A stretch of 54,941 bases of DNA, filler included, from Catajapyx aquilonaris (Eukaryota): the NCBI GenBank assembly GCA_000934665.2. It is 3 parts of 3 records of this genome, joined end to end, with 100 filler letters (N's around TTAATTAATTAA, not from the genome) between each part and the next. Parts side by side here need not be neighbours in the genome. Positions count along the whole stretch, not along the records: positions 18,340 to 36,568 come from JYFJ02006739.1; positions 36,669 to 54,941 come from KZ539584.1; 1 more part is not named here. The stretch is one strand, 5' to 3'. Position numbers and translations under genes: made by a program. Position 1 is the first letter of the stretch. Each line of letters begins with the position of its first letter. Shown piece after piece: positions 25,181-37,586 of this stretch. The notes below the pieces were generated by a model that saw nothing but the letters and a program-made list of their open reading frames with translations, did no database searches and was not told where the DNA came from.

Positions 25181-26101
25181 TTAAAACATGCCTATTTTGG
25201 GGGGGTTTCACACAACAATGCAGGTGTTCCCCGTGCAGCACAGGTGTTCCCCGTGCAGCACAGGTGTTCCTCGTGCAGGCAAAGCCATCAGTCGTTATTG
25301 ATTTGGGCGATCATGAAGAGCAATGTGTCTTCAGTACCTTCGCTCGTTTTTCTCTTTCACCATGCAGTCAGATGTGGCCCGCTTCAGTGCTTGGAGTAAA
25401 CCCTGGTAAGTTGCCTTCAAGTCTCCACCGATCTTCTCCATGTCAGTCTTTATGCAACTCTTGAATGAGCCCTTTCCCCATTTTTGGCTTTGATGGCTTC
25501 CAGTCTTCCTGAACCACGGGCGCCTCTGCTTCGGGGGAGCAGCGGTAGTGCTGGCGCTGGCAATGTTAGAGGAGGAGGAGGATGGCCCCTGTGTGGTATT
25601 TTGAACGTGCGGTGGAACTGTTGCTCTGCCATCTCTGAGTGGCGATCGTATAGATGTGCGTTCGATTACAATACACTATATTCTTACTTCCTATTGACTT
25701 TATCGACGAGTTTGTAAGGGCTTGTGTAAGGGCCTTAACGGCTGGGTAAGTCCATTAAAAATCCTTAATCGCACCTTCGCTCGATATGCTCGGAAGTTTA
25801 TCACAGCAACTGTTATATATTCTCGTTCAAAATGGTGTGTGGTAAGAAGTGTGAACCTGAGGGCGGCTACGAAATCTTGCTGCAAAACGACAGTAGCTTA
25901 GCCTTATTCCAATGGTTCATCCCATCATTCTCCAGTGTCCAGCTTTCGACGTCATAATGATGTCATTTATTAGGTTTGACATCACCCAATGACGTATAAT
26001 TTTGTCCAACGAGGAAAACCTGTACCAGTGAAAAATTTATAGGTCAATTCGGATGTGATGATTGTGTAACCTGTGATGGTGGTACTTTGGTATGTGTAAC
26101 T

Positions 26102-27560
26102 TGTGATGGTGGCGCCCCCGCTTTTGGCTGTTGCTTGCATAAATAAGGACCGAGTTACTGATAAGAGAGACGTCGATCTGTAGCGAGAGCGAGAGGTTGC
26201 CAATAAAATACGTCCGTCCAGAGAAAATTCCCGATTCTCCTTAGTCATCCGGGTGTTGTGGGCCCCTGTGGGACACGCACTATAGTACGTTGCTGTTACG
26301 TGAGCTAACGGTGACATACAAAACTGGTGTCAGAACTGGGATTCTGGACGGTCATACCTCTCTCGCCGCTCTGGGCTTTACGAGTACTTTGGCTTACGAT
26401 TGCAGAAATTATTGGCGTGGATCCTTCATGGTCTGGTCACCGTAACTCTGACACAGTTGCCTAAATTAGTGCTGCCTTTTTCCAGTTTCGCCGGCAACTT
26501 GTAAATTATTCCTGTATGTCGCTCATAGAGTATATGAAGCAAATTATAATCCCCACGAGCTACTTGAAACGCGTCATCATGCATTGTTGCAGTGATCTAC
26601 GTAATTGCGAATGGGAAAGAGGGGTGCATTGGCTAAGCCCCACATTGACGACGATTAAAAGAGGCTGGGGAAGTAGATGAGTTTTGCTGCATTGTTTATC
26701 CCAGCAACCAGTTGGAAGTGATCCATTGAAATAATAAAGTATGCTGGCTCATCCTATGAAGTACCAGAAGGATCAACGTATCTGCTCATGCTTGTCTTAC
26801 CCTGTCTGTCACATGGCGTCGAAACTGTAGCATAGCGAAACGTACTAGCCCTCTTTGCAACACCTCTGTTTCTGAGCCAGTGATGCCTCATGCTTACAGA
26901 TAATTCATACGTAACTTATCTGACCTAACCCAGTAGACATTTGGGAAACTTACCTTCAATTCGGTGGGTACTCAATAGATGTACTTGAAACTTACATGAG
27001 ACTAATTGCAATTCTCTAAATAATGTCAGAGGCCGCAGTATACCGCCGAGAATGGAAGGCGCTACTAATGGGGGCAACCGGAGTTTCCACCGTAGCAGCA
27101 GGCGCCTTGGCCGTACTGACCGACCCCCCTCAAGGTCAACCCCTGGGGGCCTGCTTGGTCATGTATATACGACGGACGCCGTATTTCACCTCGCGGAGAG
27201 GTGATACTACCAGTATTGATTGGGACCTCCTTGCTCCACTACCCCTTCTACATCATCAGATCATCCATCATGCCGCTGATCATCGGAAACGACCTCTTGA
27301 CGGAGTACCACTGCCAAATCGATATCCACCGGCGGTGTTTGCTGGGCTGCGCCCCCGAAACGGACCGATCCCCCCGAGAGTATTTCGAAACGCCTATTAT
27401 CCCTGCGGTACTAAACACGTCTTTGACCATGAATTTTGGTGGAGGGTTTCGACGACGTCGCCGGCACCGCACGCCCCCCATCCAGCTGGTCGCACTTAAC
27501 AGCTCCGACGGGACAATCAGCGGACTACCGTAGAAGAAGAAAGTGACCCCAAATGAAGAC
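26102..27560 (+). mobile_element. Gypsy-like LTR retrotransposon remnant: LTR, PBS and protease fragment
   Basis: AATAAA in a short LTR-like segment, then PBS TGGTGTCAGAACTGGGAT at 26325-26342 (tRNA-Leu complement with one mismatch). YPFYII...PLIIGNDLLTEYHCQIDI at ~27240-27330 resembles a retropepsin C-terminus. Boundaries are approximate. Confidence 0.65.
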
Positions 27561-27978
27561 GACCTCTGCCTAGAACTTGGATTTTCTTGACATGTGCGTG
27601 CGTGAGTAAATGGCCACCGAATGTTTGCTACTCGACAATATACCAGTTTTCTTTGAATGTGAAATGAGACGGCCACCCGGCACCTCATCGGACTTGTGTT
27701 TGTGTACCGGATGTTTTAGTGGCACGGTTTGTTTGTCTCTCGTTTTTTTGTCGAAAATGAGGCCAAGGATGACTCATGTGGTTTTCTTTTCACGACATAA
27801 TGCTGAAGTGTACAGTGGATAATTCACGCGCATGTCCGAGTCTGTGAACATACATTGATTACGAACGATTTCACCCCCCCCCCCCCCCCNCCTCATTTGT
27901 CATATGTAAAAATGTCATCTCCATTATCAGAAAAAGCTCTGTCAAGCAGTCCCGGGGAGAGTTCTCACGGGGGAGGTG

Positions 27979-28379
27979 TGTGACCTACCCTCCCGGGAAA
28001 GGTGTTGCGCCCCACGCATTTTATTATGTACTATCTCCATCTGTTATTACGTCGGATGAGACACCGGTCGTATGCACCTATTGTTCACTCTGTCTCTTGT
28101 GAGATAAGCCCCATTTGCCTTTATCTATGTTTGCCCCTTTTCCTTCCCTGTTGGATCACCTACCCGACGTCAGATCAGTAGTGACGGAGGAATCCCATCA
28201 TGCAACATTCCTACCTATATAAACAGTTCCTGGTAAATACCCAAGGCCTTTTAGTCTACCTCCCTTTGGGGAGGTAACCGACTGGCCCGGGTGGGATTTG
28301 TACCTTACCCGTTCTGGCAATAAATACTGTTTTGACATAGAACCCACGAAGTATTTTGTGTCCCTTTTCGGAGGTCACA
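27979..28379 (+). mobile_element. 3' LTR preceded by a polypurine tract
   Basis: TGTGACC...GGTCACA termini with GGGGGAGG immediately upstream. TATATAAA near 28217 and AATAAA near 28319. Confidence 0.75.
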
Positions 28380-28999
28380 CCGGCATGACATTTCCTGGCG
28401 GAATGTGGCGAGCACGCTCGGCTCGCCAATCAGTGTCGGCCGACAGCTGCCGTGCCTGCGCATTGGCTGCAAGAAGGCACCTACTCATCCTATAAAGTAG
28501 AGCAAGTATCAATGTACCTGTCCATGCTCGTCTTTACCCTGTCCGTCGTATGGCGTCGAAACTGTACCATCATAAAACTTATTTTCCGACTAGCCCTTGT
28601 ACTTTCCACCAGACTCCAATTGAATAAACTGAAAATGTGAGTGTTCGGTAACTGTTGTGGTTATATTATGCATTCCTCACCCCTGAAATTAACTTTCAAT
28701 TTCCCCCCGTAGGCCAAGCCCATCTTCCCCCCGCTCATGGATGCACACTTCATTGAATTCTGGTTGTTTTGCACGCAATTCGGACGGCAGTGAGCCGTAC
28801 GGTTGCTCTGGCTCACGTGAACGACCCGGACGGTGGCGAGCAGACCCGGCGGCGGCCATCTTAAAGTCACTGCGGGAGACAGCTGCCAGTGTAGTTGGGA
28901 TGAGATGGCGTTGGAACGACGTGCCAGGAAGCGAAGGTGGGAAGACGACGACGACCTGCTGGTGTTAATCTTCTACCCCGAATTATTGGAAGAACGAGC

Positions 29000-29230
29000 A
29001 GTACCACGGACACGGCGCGGCGCGGTAGTCACACCGGCGAAAATATTGCAAATGCTCTGCAGATTATGCTGCAGAGCTATGGAGTCTGCTTGGCGCAAGT
29101 TGGCGTATGCGTCACAGACAACGCCAGAAATATGATGAAGGCCTGTGACATCCTGGAAGAGATGGAGGCATCTGAATCCCGCGATGAATTGCAGGACACA
29201 CCAGACGAACGAAGCTTTAGAATTCTTAGA
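29000..29230 (+). mobile_element. hAT transposase fragment, catalytic region
   Basis: SHTGENIANALQIMLQSYGV...VCVTDNARNMMKACDIL contains the hAT TDNAxNM motif. Confidence 0.8.
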
Positions 29231-29279
29231 ATCACTAGAAAGTGTAGATTGTCGCCCATAAGCGACGTGCATTGAAGCA

Positions 29280-32200
29280 GTTTTGTACCTCCCGATTCTG
29301 GCTCCCCTGCGTGGCTGCAGTTGGCTACCCTTCCCGGGGTGGCTGGGAAGGGGGAGTGGGAGGTGGGAGGTAGGCAAAAGAAGAAAGGAGCGAGCAGCCG
29401 GGGCGAGCGGGTGTGCGGCACGGATGCTCCCCGGCCAGGACGGCAGCCCCTGTATTGTATGTATTCAGCTGAGTTGTGTCTATTCAAGTGGGTTAAAAGA
29501 ACCTCAGTGAGTCGTGCTTGTAGTATGACCCCTCAAACCCAGTCTCCTTGAGAAGTGAAGGCGACAAAGTGGTGCCGTGACCCGGGAGGAAAGGTCGCTA
29601 TAAGACCACAGCCTCAACGGAACCCACGTAGAACTAGGCCTGCTAAGGCTCGCTTGCATTCCTTATCGGCACCGGCACCGTGAAGGTACCGGTCCCAGGA
29701 GTGGGAATATTTAACTCTTGCAGAGTTAGTGCGGCATTTTGGGCCTGAAAGTAAGGCGCAATGGAAAGGTGGGGACTTTTCCAAGATGGCAGACAGAAAG
29801 GGGAGGAATCTCCCCTTACCGCTAGTCAGCGGGTGAGGCAAGCCCTGGGATTGACCCCCCAGATGGGAGAGGAGGAGGTGGCAGGAGCCGTGGCGGCCAT
29901 GATGGCTAGGGGCGGCTTGGTCGCGTCGACCCCCGCCCCGCCTGTCCTCCTTCCCCCTAACGAAGTCAAGGAGGAACGGTTGATTGACTTAGAGAGGCCA
30001 ATGGCGAGTGACCTCATGGTGGCCACGCCTTTGTTCCCCTCATTGGGTCATCTTCCCCCCAGGCCTTGTTCGGAGTAGTGGCCGAGGCAGGCGAGGTCCT
30101 CTCTCCCTGGAGGAGGTGGTGGCTCCAGGATTAGCGGCTTTTCGCCCAGAATTAGCGCTTCATTTTCTTTGGGGAGGGTGGGTTGGGGTAATTGGGGGTT
30201 CCTTTTTGCTTCTTTCTTTTCTAGTTCCTCCTTTTCTTAGTCGAGTTCGTTTTATTAGCGATAAGTTCTTCGCATTCGTCTTTTAGTCTGGGTCTCCCTC
30301 TCCGAGCCGGCGGAGGTGGGCGCGCCGGCGGGATCAGCGAGGTGTCTGGGCAATGGTGCCTGTGCGCTGGTGGGGTCGGCGGCCTGCAGTAGTGGCCGGG
30401 GCTGGGGAGGGAGGCCGCTGTTTTTAGGAGGATTAAGTTAGATTTCTTAGTCGGGGGGCTGCCCCGTACTCCGCCTCACGGGGGTGGACGAGGGCTACGG
30501 GGAGGAGAAGGTGTTGGCCATGCTTGAGGATCACAATGCTTCCATTCTGGCCCGCTTTCGACCTCTTAGCCAACATGTTAAACTTTTAGGGAAGAGGCTG
30601 TGTGCCTCGGGAATTCGGGAGAATTGGACCCTTGAGGCCTCCCCGGTGGTGGCGGCGGTGTTGCTGGAGGCGGGGAGCGTTCGCCTAGACATTGTGTTTT
30701 CCAATATTGAGGAAATAGTCAGGTCCGATAGATGCTTTTAACTGTTCAGCCTACGGTCATGTAGCAGGCAGCTGCAGGTTTCCGCGGAGGTGCGGTTACT
30801 GTGGTGATGATCACTCTGCTGACAACTGCCCGCGGGAATTTAAAATGTGTGTTAACTGTGAGATGGTGGGGCTGGACGACATGGGCCATGTGGCCTGGTC
30901 CGCGAACTGTCCCTGCTGGATCAAACGGAGAGAGCAGATTCAGAGTCGCATGGGGCAGGGGAGGCGTTAATCCGTATGGCTACACAACCTCCCTTTACAG
31001 TGCCGGGGCGACCCAGCGTGGGGGGCGTGTTTCGAGTTGGGCAGTTTAATGCAGGGGGCGGGGCCAATGCCACGAGCCTGGCCATTGAGTGGGGAGCGGC
31101 CAGGGGGTTGGAGTTGTTGTGCATCCAGGAACCCCATGTAACCGCTGGACCCACGTTGAGGAGGGGGACCCGGTGGCCCTGGTTGTTTACGGCCGGAGCA
31201 CGAGGGTGGTCAGTTTGGTAACTCTTTCCAGCCCCCTCATTAAGACGTATTCGGTTCGGAGTGGGGAGTTGGAGTTCGTGCTGGTAAATGTGTATTTCCC
31301 CCCCTCCGGGGATCTTGGCCCCGCCTTGGCTCGGTTGGAGGAGGTTCTGGCGGCATGCCCGGGAGGGGTGGTGATCGTGGGAGACTTCAATGCCCGGCTC
31401 GCCCTGTGGGGCGATCACCGGGATTCAGCCCGGGGGGAGGCGGTGCTGGAGTGGGCTACCATTGCAGAGTTGAGGTTGGCGAACGTCCCCCCATGTCTGC
31501 CGACGTTTCAACGGGGGGACCGAATCAGCTGGATCGACCTTGGGTGGTATAGATGTGTGGAGATTGGGGAATGGACGGTGGCCGCGGAGGATTTGTGCAG
31601 CGACCCTCGCATGATAACATTCGGGATTGAGAGGGACGGGCCGGCCCCTGACTCATTCCAGTGGGTGTGGTCTCGCGCACGCTGGGAGGATATGGAGAGT
31701 CGGATTGGGGCGTGGGCGGCGGAGAGGACGCCGCGCCGGTGGATGGGTTGGGCGGGGGGGCTGGAGGCTCTCGCGGCCGAGTTCCAGATGGAATGTATGG
31801 CCGCTGCCATTGAGTTCATCCCCAGACGGAGAGCTAAGGTTAAGGCCTTTAGTTTCTGGACTCCGGATTTTAAGATTTAAGATTATTAGGAAGAAGCCAA
31901 AGCAACTATGGCTATCTGGCTATAAGAAGTAGCAAAGGTGGGACAGATGGAGAGAGAAACGAAGAGGAAAAAGAGGAGAGGAAAGACTGGCATCTCTCTT
32001 AGTCTCTCTCCTATCCCAAAGACCTGTCCGGCTTGGGTGGCCCTACCAGTAGACGAAGCTACCGCCGGCATAGCTCTTGGGGTCACGGGAACTCCGGAGC
32101 TTTCCACGTTGAGGAGAATAACGAGGGCCATGCGTCGGAGTTTCCAGGCGGCCAGGGGGGAGGATCCGACCCTCGCGGAGGAGAGGCGGGTGTTTGGTGG

Positions 32201-32420
32201 TGCCGCCTGGACTTCTGGACCATGGCTGACCTGTGTCTGTGTGTGCTGCTGCTTGGACACTGCAACCGAGTTCCGGTGGTGGATGTGTACGTGGACTTGT
32301 GTACATGTTTGTGGGTTCGGATTGAACTTTTGCGTCCAGATGAACTTGACTTTTTGGGGGCTGTTGCTGTTAGATTTTTTTTTTGTACTTGATTGGCTTG
32401 ATATTTGAAATTGTTTTGAA
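29280..32420 (+). mobile_element. Degenerate R1-like non-LTR retrotransposon: gag zinc knuckles and APE endonuclease, RT deleted
   Basis: Three CCHC knuckles at ~30732-30920 (CF/NCSAYGHVAGSC, CGYCGDDHSADNC, CVNC...GHVAWSANC). APE motifs at 30976-31880 (QFN, CIQEP, NVYFPP, VGDFNA, PTF, WIDL, SDP for SDH) with frameshifts. Outer boundaries are approximate. Confidence 0.88.
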
Positions 32421-32699
32421 TGTGTGCTGGAGCGGTGTCGCTCCAGGATTTTTTTTAAGTGGGGGGGGGGGGGTGGTATGTCGGGTCCACGTGGTCCGAC
32501 ATTTATCCCCCTGACTGATTGGAGTGCCGCCTGGTGGCGGGAACGTTGTCCACTATATAAGGCAGGGGGGGGGGGGNGGGGGGGGGGGGGGGGCTCCTGC
32601 CAGAAGCTCTCTACCGGACTCTTATTCCCACACCCTGCGAGGTAGCTCAGGGGTCAGGTCAAGGGTCATGACAACTTGAAAAAAGAGCAACAGACATAC

Positions 32700-34386
32700 G
32701 TATGTCACAAGAGGGAGTATGTACTTGCTTCCATTCTGGACCCACGTATAAAAATGACAACGTTTGGGAGGAAGTTCCCACTACTGCAGCCAACGGAGCA
32801 AGAGGCTAAGGAAGCGCTGCGGGCAGTCATACCAGTGGCACCTGCCGCCGTGGGAGGCGCAGATGATCGTGGTGCAGAAGATTCTTGCATATTTCTCATA
32901 ATTCCGCAACTGCACGGCCATCAGTTTTCAGTTGCGGAATTTTGAGGCACTTGGGAAATGCGAGAAAACAGGCTCGCAGAGAAGATGAGGTTGACATGTA
33001 CCTGGATGGTGCTGGCGATGGAGAGGAATAAGACCCCCTTGTCTTCTGGAAGGGGGAGAGGAAAAAATATCCATCTTTGGCAGCCCTGGCATGAAAATTC
33101 CTCGCAGTACCAGCCTCCACGGGAGGTGTAGAGAGACTATTTTCTATTGCCGGGAATATGGGAAGAGCTAAACGGTCTCGCCTCACTCCAAAAACATTGG
33201 AAAACAAGCTTTTGTACAGGGAGAACTACTTGAAAAATAAATGATTTCATCAGCCTGAATCCATGTTTATTTTACTTAAAAGTTATTTTAAAATATATAT
33301 CAAAAAAAATGGGAACCTGAAATGCAGAGGGATCAGTCAAAGTGTGATGATTTCTAAACGTTCAATATTTGTCTATTTGAGCATTGCATTTATAATATTA
33401 TACCTTATCGGTTAACTTCTTTTAAAACCTCGTTGTAGGAGACAGTAATTGCTCTGAGAGAACTTGTCCACTAAAAAGTATGCTACATCACAATGCCTGA
33501 CTCAATATTGACCTAAATAATTATGGTTGTGATTGTTGTGCATTTCAGGAATTTAACAGCGTGTTGGAGGTTTCTTCCGAGAAAGGGTTTGTAAAAAAAT
33601 ATCATGAAGTTCCTGATGGCGCCATTTTTATGCAGGTTGCTATATCCGATCCAGCAGAAGATTGTAGTGGAAGCCAGTGGCGGATCCAGGGCGAATCAAT
33701 GTTAGATAGAGACATTTGGAGCTAGGACCTACAGCAGGGAGGGTGATAATGACCTCTGAAGACTGTAATATTGCGAGTATAGTAGACTACAATGATCTTA
33801 TCTCCAGGAACTCCTTTTCACTCTGTTCATAGTCACCATTTAAAGTTCTAGTCTTCTAGTTTATCTTCTAGTCAACTTATTTCCCGATTTTTCCTGATGA
33901 CTCGATCACAAAAGTGACATTTTATGAATATGGATTGGATTCATGGCAAGGCTTCTTGAGCCCTGGAGAAGCGTCAGGCGTCGAAAAAGTGTGGGTACCT
34001 TTTGTGGACAATGCCGATCTGGGTGATGAAGCACTTATTGGTTATTAACGAAGATCAAACACCCAAGCTGCTCGGGAAGCTCTGGTTTGTAACCTATCTT
34101 TTTGGTTTAAATCACGCTATGGAATGTGAGCAAGACCTCTCTTAAATATTCGAAAAGAAATCGATTCCGAACTGGACTCGATTCCGAATTGCAATCAATC
34201 CGCAATTCAAGTCAATTCTAAAGGTCTAAAATTTCAATTCGATTCAATTCCTACTCAGTCGGCAAAAATTTCCTGCAAGTCAAATTCATTCAAGTAGGAA
34301 TCTTACCAACTACAATTCATTCAATTCATCAGTTTGGAATTAACTCCGAATTAATTCAAGTCCGAATTGAATAGTGCCCATCACTG
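32700..34386 (+). mobile_element. hAT element 3' part: C-terminal dimerisation domain and right end
   Basis: ASILDPRIK, then DPLVFWK...YPSLAALA*KFLAVPASTGGVERLFSIAG...RSRLTP to ~33240, with stops. AATTC-rich subterminal repeats at 34160-34370, and terminus TGCCCATCACTG at 34375-34386. Confidence 0.8.
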
Positions 34387-34620
34387 GACAGACTCAGTCA
34401 AAGCCACTGCAGGTGTTGCATATTCCACTGCCCAAGTGATGGGTCGGTGGAAAACCCTGCAAAATGCATACAAGCGAGTGAGGGACCACAACTCCAAAAG
34501 TGGAAATGGCAGAAAAACATGTCCATATGAAGATGAGATGGAGGAGGTTGATGGGCGACAGGCCTAATGTCACACCCCAGCCATCCAGGACACCATCCTG
34601 GGAGCTGGAGGTATAAACCT
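34387..34620 (+). mobile_element. Myb/SANT-like (trihelix) fragment, typical Harbinger accessory protein
   Basis: YSTAQVMGRWKTLQNAYKRVRDHNSKSGNGRKTCPYEDEMEEV. Confidence 0.7.
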
Positions 34621-35289
34621 TGCGCCCCGTTTGCTGCACCTAAAAGTGGAGCTAGTTCTAATCCAAAGTGGCCCACTGCGCACTGCAGGCTTTTACCATT
34701 TTTTTTGTTTTGGCTTGCATGTGGACAAAATATATGAGCACACACATACTTCTTCTGAACAAATCCCAAATAAAAGGGTCATGGCCCAAAGTCTTTTATT
34801 ATCAATGTTTTCGCCTCCTGCTTCGTCGGACTTCGCAGTAAGACCAAAGGGGGCGCTTAGTCCGGAAGAGAGAACATCCCTGTTTGTTGTAATGGAATTC
34901 CCCGCCCTAAGCGGGTGGTTGCAGATATCAACAAACATGACTCTGCTGACGGCATCCAACGCCTCCCACATATCTGGAAAAGGAGTTCGGGAGCGACTAC
35001 ATTGAAGGAATGTAGATAACAAATTTGTTAAATAAAGGTCACTTTTGAAACTATTGAAGGGTTGCCACTACTTAAAAACCAACCCTCGTATGTTGACACT
35101 CGCATTTTTTAAACCTGAAGCCGTTCGATGGTGTTTGGCTCCGTTTCAGGTCTATTGATGATTCGGTACTTCTGGAGGGTGGGATTGCATGGATCCATCT
35201 TAAATGTTATCCTTCACTCGGACAGGAACTTTCATCCTGTGCCCCCTGTATGACATTGACCAATCTTCAGTAATATTACCTATCATTCG

Positions 35290-35548
35290 TCAATACTGCA
35301 TATTCGGACACGTTCTGGACAAGTCAACATCTGCTGGGATGTCGTACCTTCGGTGTGTCGAGCGTGGGTGCAGAGGAACGGCACGACTTCTGGCGGGTGG
35401 GACTATCGAGCCAGGCCAAACCGGCCACAACCACGACGCTGATCCTAGGGAGCCACAACATCGAGCCCTCATCGCTGCATGCAAGAAGCGTGCAGAGACG
35501 GAGCCAGGAGTGTCATTGAGAACAATATTCAATGAAGAAAGTTCCAGG
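35290..35548 (+). mobile_element. FLYWCH zinc-finger fragment, MULE transposase N-terminus
   Basis: YLRCVERGCRGTA...GHNHDAD...CKKRAETE...LRTIFNEE, ending at the donor AG|gtaaag. Confidence 0.7.
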
Positions 35549-36119
35549 TAAAGTGACATTTGCTACTGGGACAGGATGAACATGATTGCATGTATACTGA
35601 CGAGTCGTTAACATTAATTTTAATCTTCATGGCCTGGCTGTAGTGAAGAATTTCAGCTCTGATGTAACCTAATACTTGCTGTACTGCATGTAATAAGGTA
35701 TTATCAAGAGTAAATAATTCAGAGTGACTGACTTGTGTGACCATCCTTTTGACGCGATGGAATTGAGCATACTCGTTGCCTCCTGGCGGGAGAGGGAGAA
35801 CTAGGTCGGGGAAGCAGCCGATGGGGGGTCATTGAAAAGTGGACACCCAGTGGGCGGGGCGAACCGGATAGAAGGCCGGGAGGGTGGGTTGGTGGTGGTG
35901 GTGGTGACCGACCGAGTCAGGGGTCCTTGGAGCGAGGAGGGGGGACCAAGGAAGGGGGAAGACGTCTCCATCGCCGGGAGTGACTGGGTCCCTTTTGGGA
36001 CAAGCTTGTAGGGTCAAGATGAAGCCGACTTGTTTGTGAATGGTTGGGGATTAGGGAAAGCGATTTTAACCACGGCCAGTTGGTGACTCCCTGTTATCGT
36101 CCAGGTGCTAAGGGACAAA

Positions 36120-36568
36120 TTTGACCCAAACTTTGCATGTTGTGACAAAAGTATGAAACTCGGTACACTTGTCCTTTGGACACTTCTGATCATATCTGGA
36201 CGTGGAGCCACGATGACCCACCCCGGTGGTGGTCCATTTCGCAGGGTTTCCATAACTACCAGATGCAGCATCCTTTTAGGACCTTGTATTGGGTGACAAA
36301 AACATGAAACTCGCCACAATTGGTCTTTGGACACTTCTGAACATATCTGGATGTGGGGCCACGATGACTGACCCCGCTGTGGGTCACTTGCAGGGTTGCC
36401 AGATCTAACGGACCAAACATACATCTCTGCGAAGATCATGTGAATTGGGAGCTTGCATTCGGTGATAAAAGCGTGAAACTCGGTACGGCAGTTCTTTGAA
36501 CACATCTCAACATATCTGGACGCGGGGTCACGGTGGGTGACCCCTGGTGGCCTCGCCAGGGGTCACTA
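36120..36568. repeat. Three diverged direct units of ~150-170 bp
   Basis: TGAAACTCG..TTTG.ACAC...CATATCTGGA.G.GG.G.CACG.TG recurs near 36153, 36305 and 36475. Confidence 0.65.
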
Positions 36569-36668
36569 NNNNNNNNNNNNNNNNNNNNNNNNNNNNNNNN
36601 NNNNNNNNNNNNTTAATTAATTAANNNNNNNNNNNNNNNNNNNNNNNNNNNNNNNNNNNNNNNNNNNN
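36569..36668. other. Artificial contig spacer (44 N + TTAATTAATTAA + 44 N)
   Basis: Identical to 18240-18339. Confidence 0.95.
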
Positions 36669-36824
36669 GCCCCCCAATGTAGCCCCCCCTTTCGTACCTA
36701 TAAAGTTCAGCCTTAGTCCGGTAGGGTCGCCACATAAATGCTCTGGGAAATGTCTCATGGCGCTCTCAAGTGAGCACCCGGTGCGTAATCCCTCGGCAGG
36801 GGGTGGGTGGGGAGTGACCTAACC
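36669..36824 (+). repeat. Copy of the unclassified repeat also at 7984 and 46143-46516
   Basis: ATGTAGCCC..TACCTATAAAGTTCAG..GGTAGGGTCGCCAC..GTCTCATGGCGCTCTCAAGTGAGCACC..GGGAGTGACC. Confidence 0.8.
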
Positions 36825-37176
36825 TGAGTCTTCTACAGCCATGCTCCAGATCAAATTTCTGGAATTCAGTGTTCGAACTCTGGAACATTCAAAGTTAGGG
36901 TCGTTTGAAGAAAGAGGTTCCACTGTATCACTGAAGCATTTCAATCAATATGTATCAAGCAATATGATTCTGAATTCTTCTAATGCACAAAAATTAAACC
37001 TCTGACCCAGTTGCATCACTGAAGGTTACATTGTGGTGCGATTTATTTCAACACCTGAAATGTAGAACAATCAGTCACAATCAAGGGTTTTTTTTTTAGA
37101 TAAGAAGGTTTAAAGATGACATTATCCCTGGAGGGATTTTTTTTTTTTTTTAATCATCCATCTCTCCCCTCTCGGA

Positions 37177-37586
37177 GGGCCCTGCCACACTAGACGGAAT
37201 TTCCATGACGTAAATTCCATCGCCGAATGATTTTGCAACTTTTTTTTCACGTGGAATATTTTCCATCGACCGTGCTGGCACCTTGCGGCCCTTTCAGCTA
37301 CCAATCCCCTGGTTTCCATGCCAGAAAAGCCGCTTTTTCCATCGTAGTGTGGCATTCCCCCAGTGGAATCAATGTATTGCAATGGGATTATTGTCCTCGA
37401 CCGAATCGGCGGCCGATTTTTTCCATCGTGTCTTCGGCTGGTGCTCGACGGAAGGACGGAAGGACGGAAAATCCGTCGTCTGTGTCACCTCCCGACCGAA
37501 TCCCGTTTACTTCCATGTGTTTGATTTCTTGAGCGGAATGCGACGGAATTTCTGCCACGGAAATTCCGTCTAGTGTCGCAGGGGCC
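37177..37586. mobile_element. PIF/Harbinger-type MITE
   Basis: TIRs GGGCCCTGCCACACTAGACGGAATTTCC / GGAAATTCCGTCTAGTGTCGCAGGGGCC. Confidence 0.75.

Noticed and set aside
25221..25278. 20-bp repeats as a CRISPR-like array
   Set aside because: They are direct tandem units without spacers in eukaryotic DNA, so this is a minisatellite.
29280..29760. HDV-like ribozyme at the LINE 5' end
   Set aside because: Hairpins are present, but I could not assemble the nested double pseudoknot or the L3 consensus by eye.
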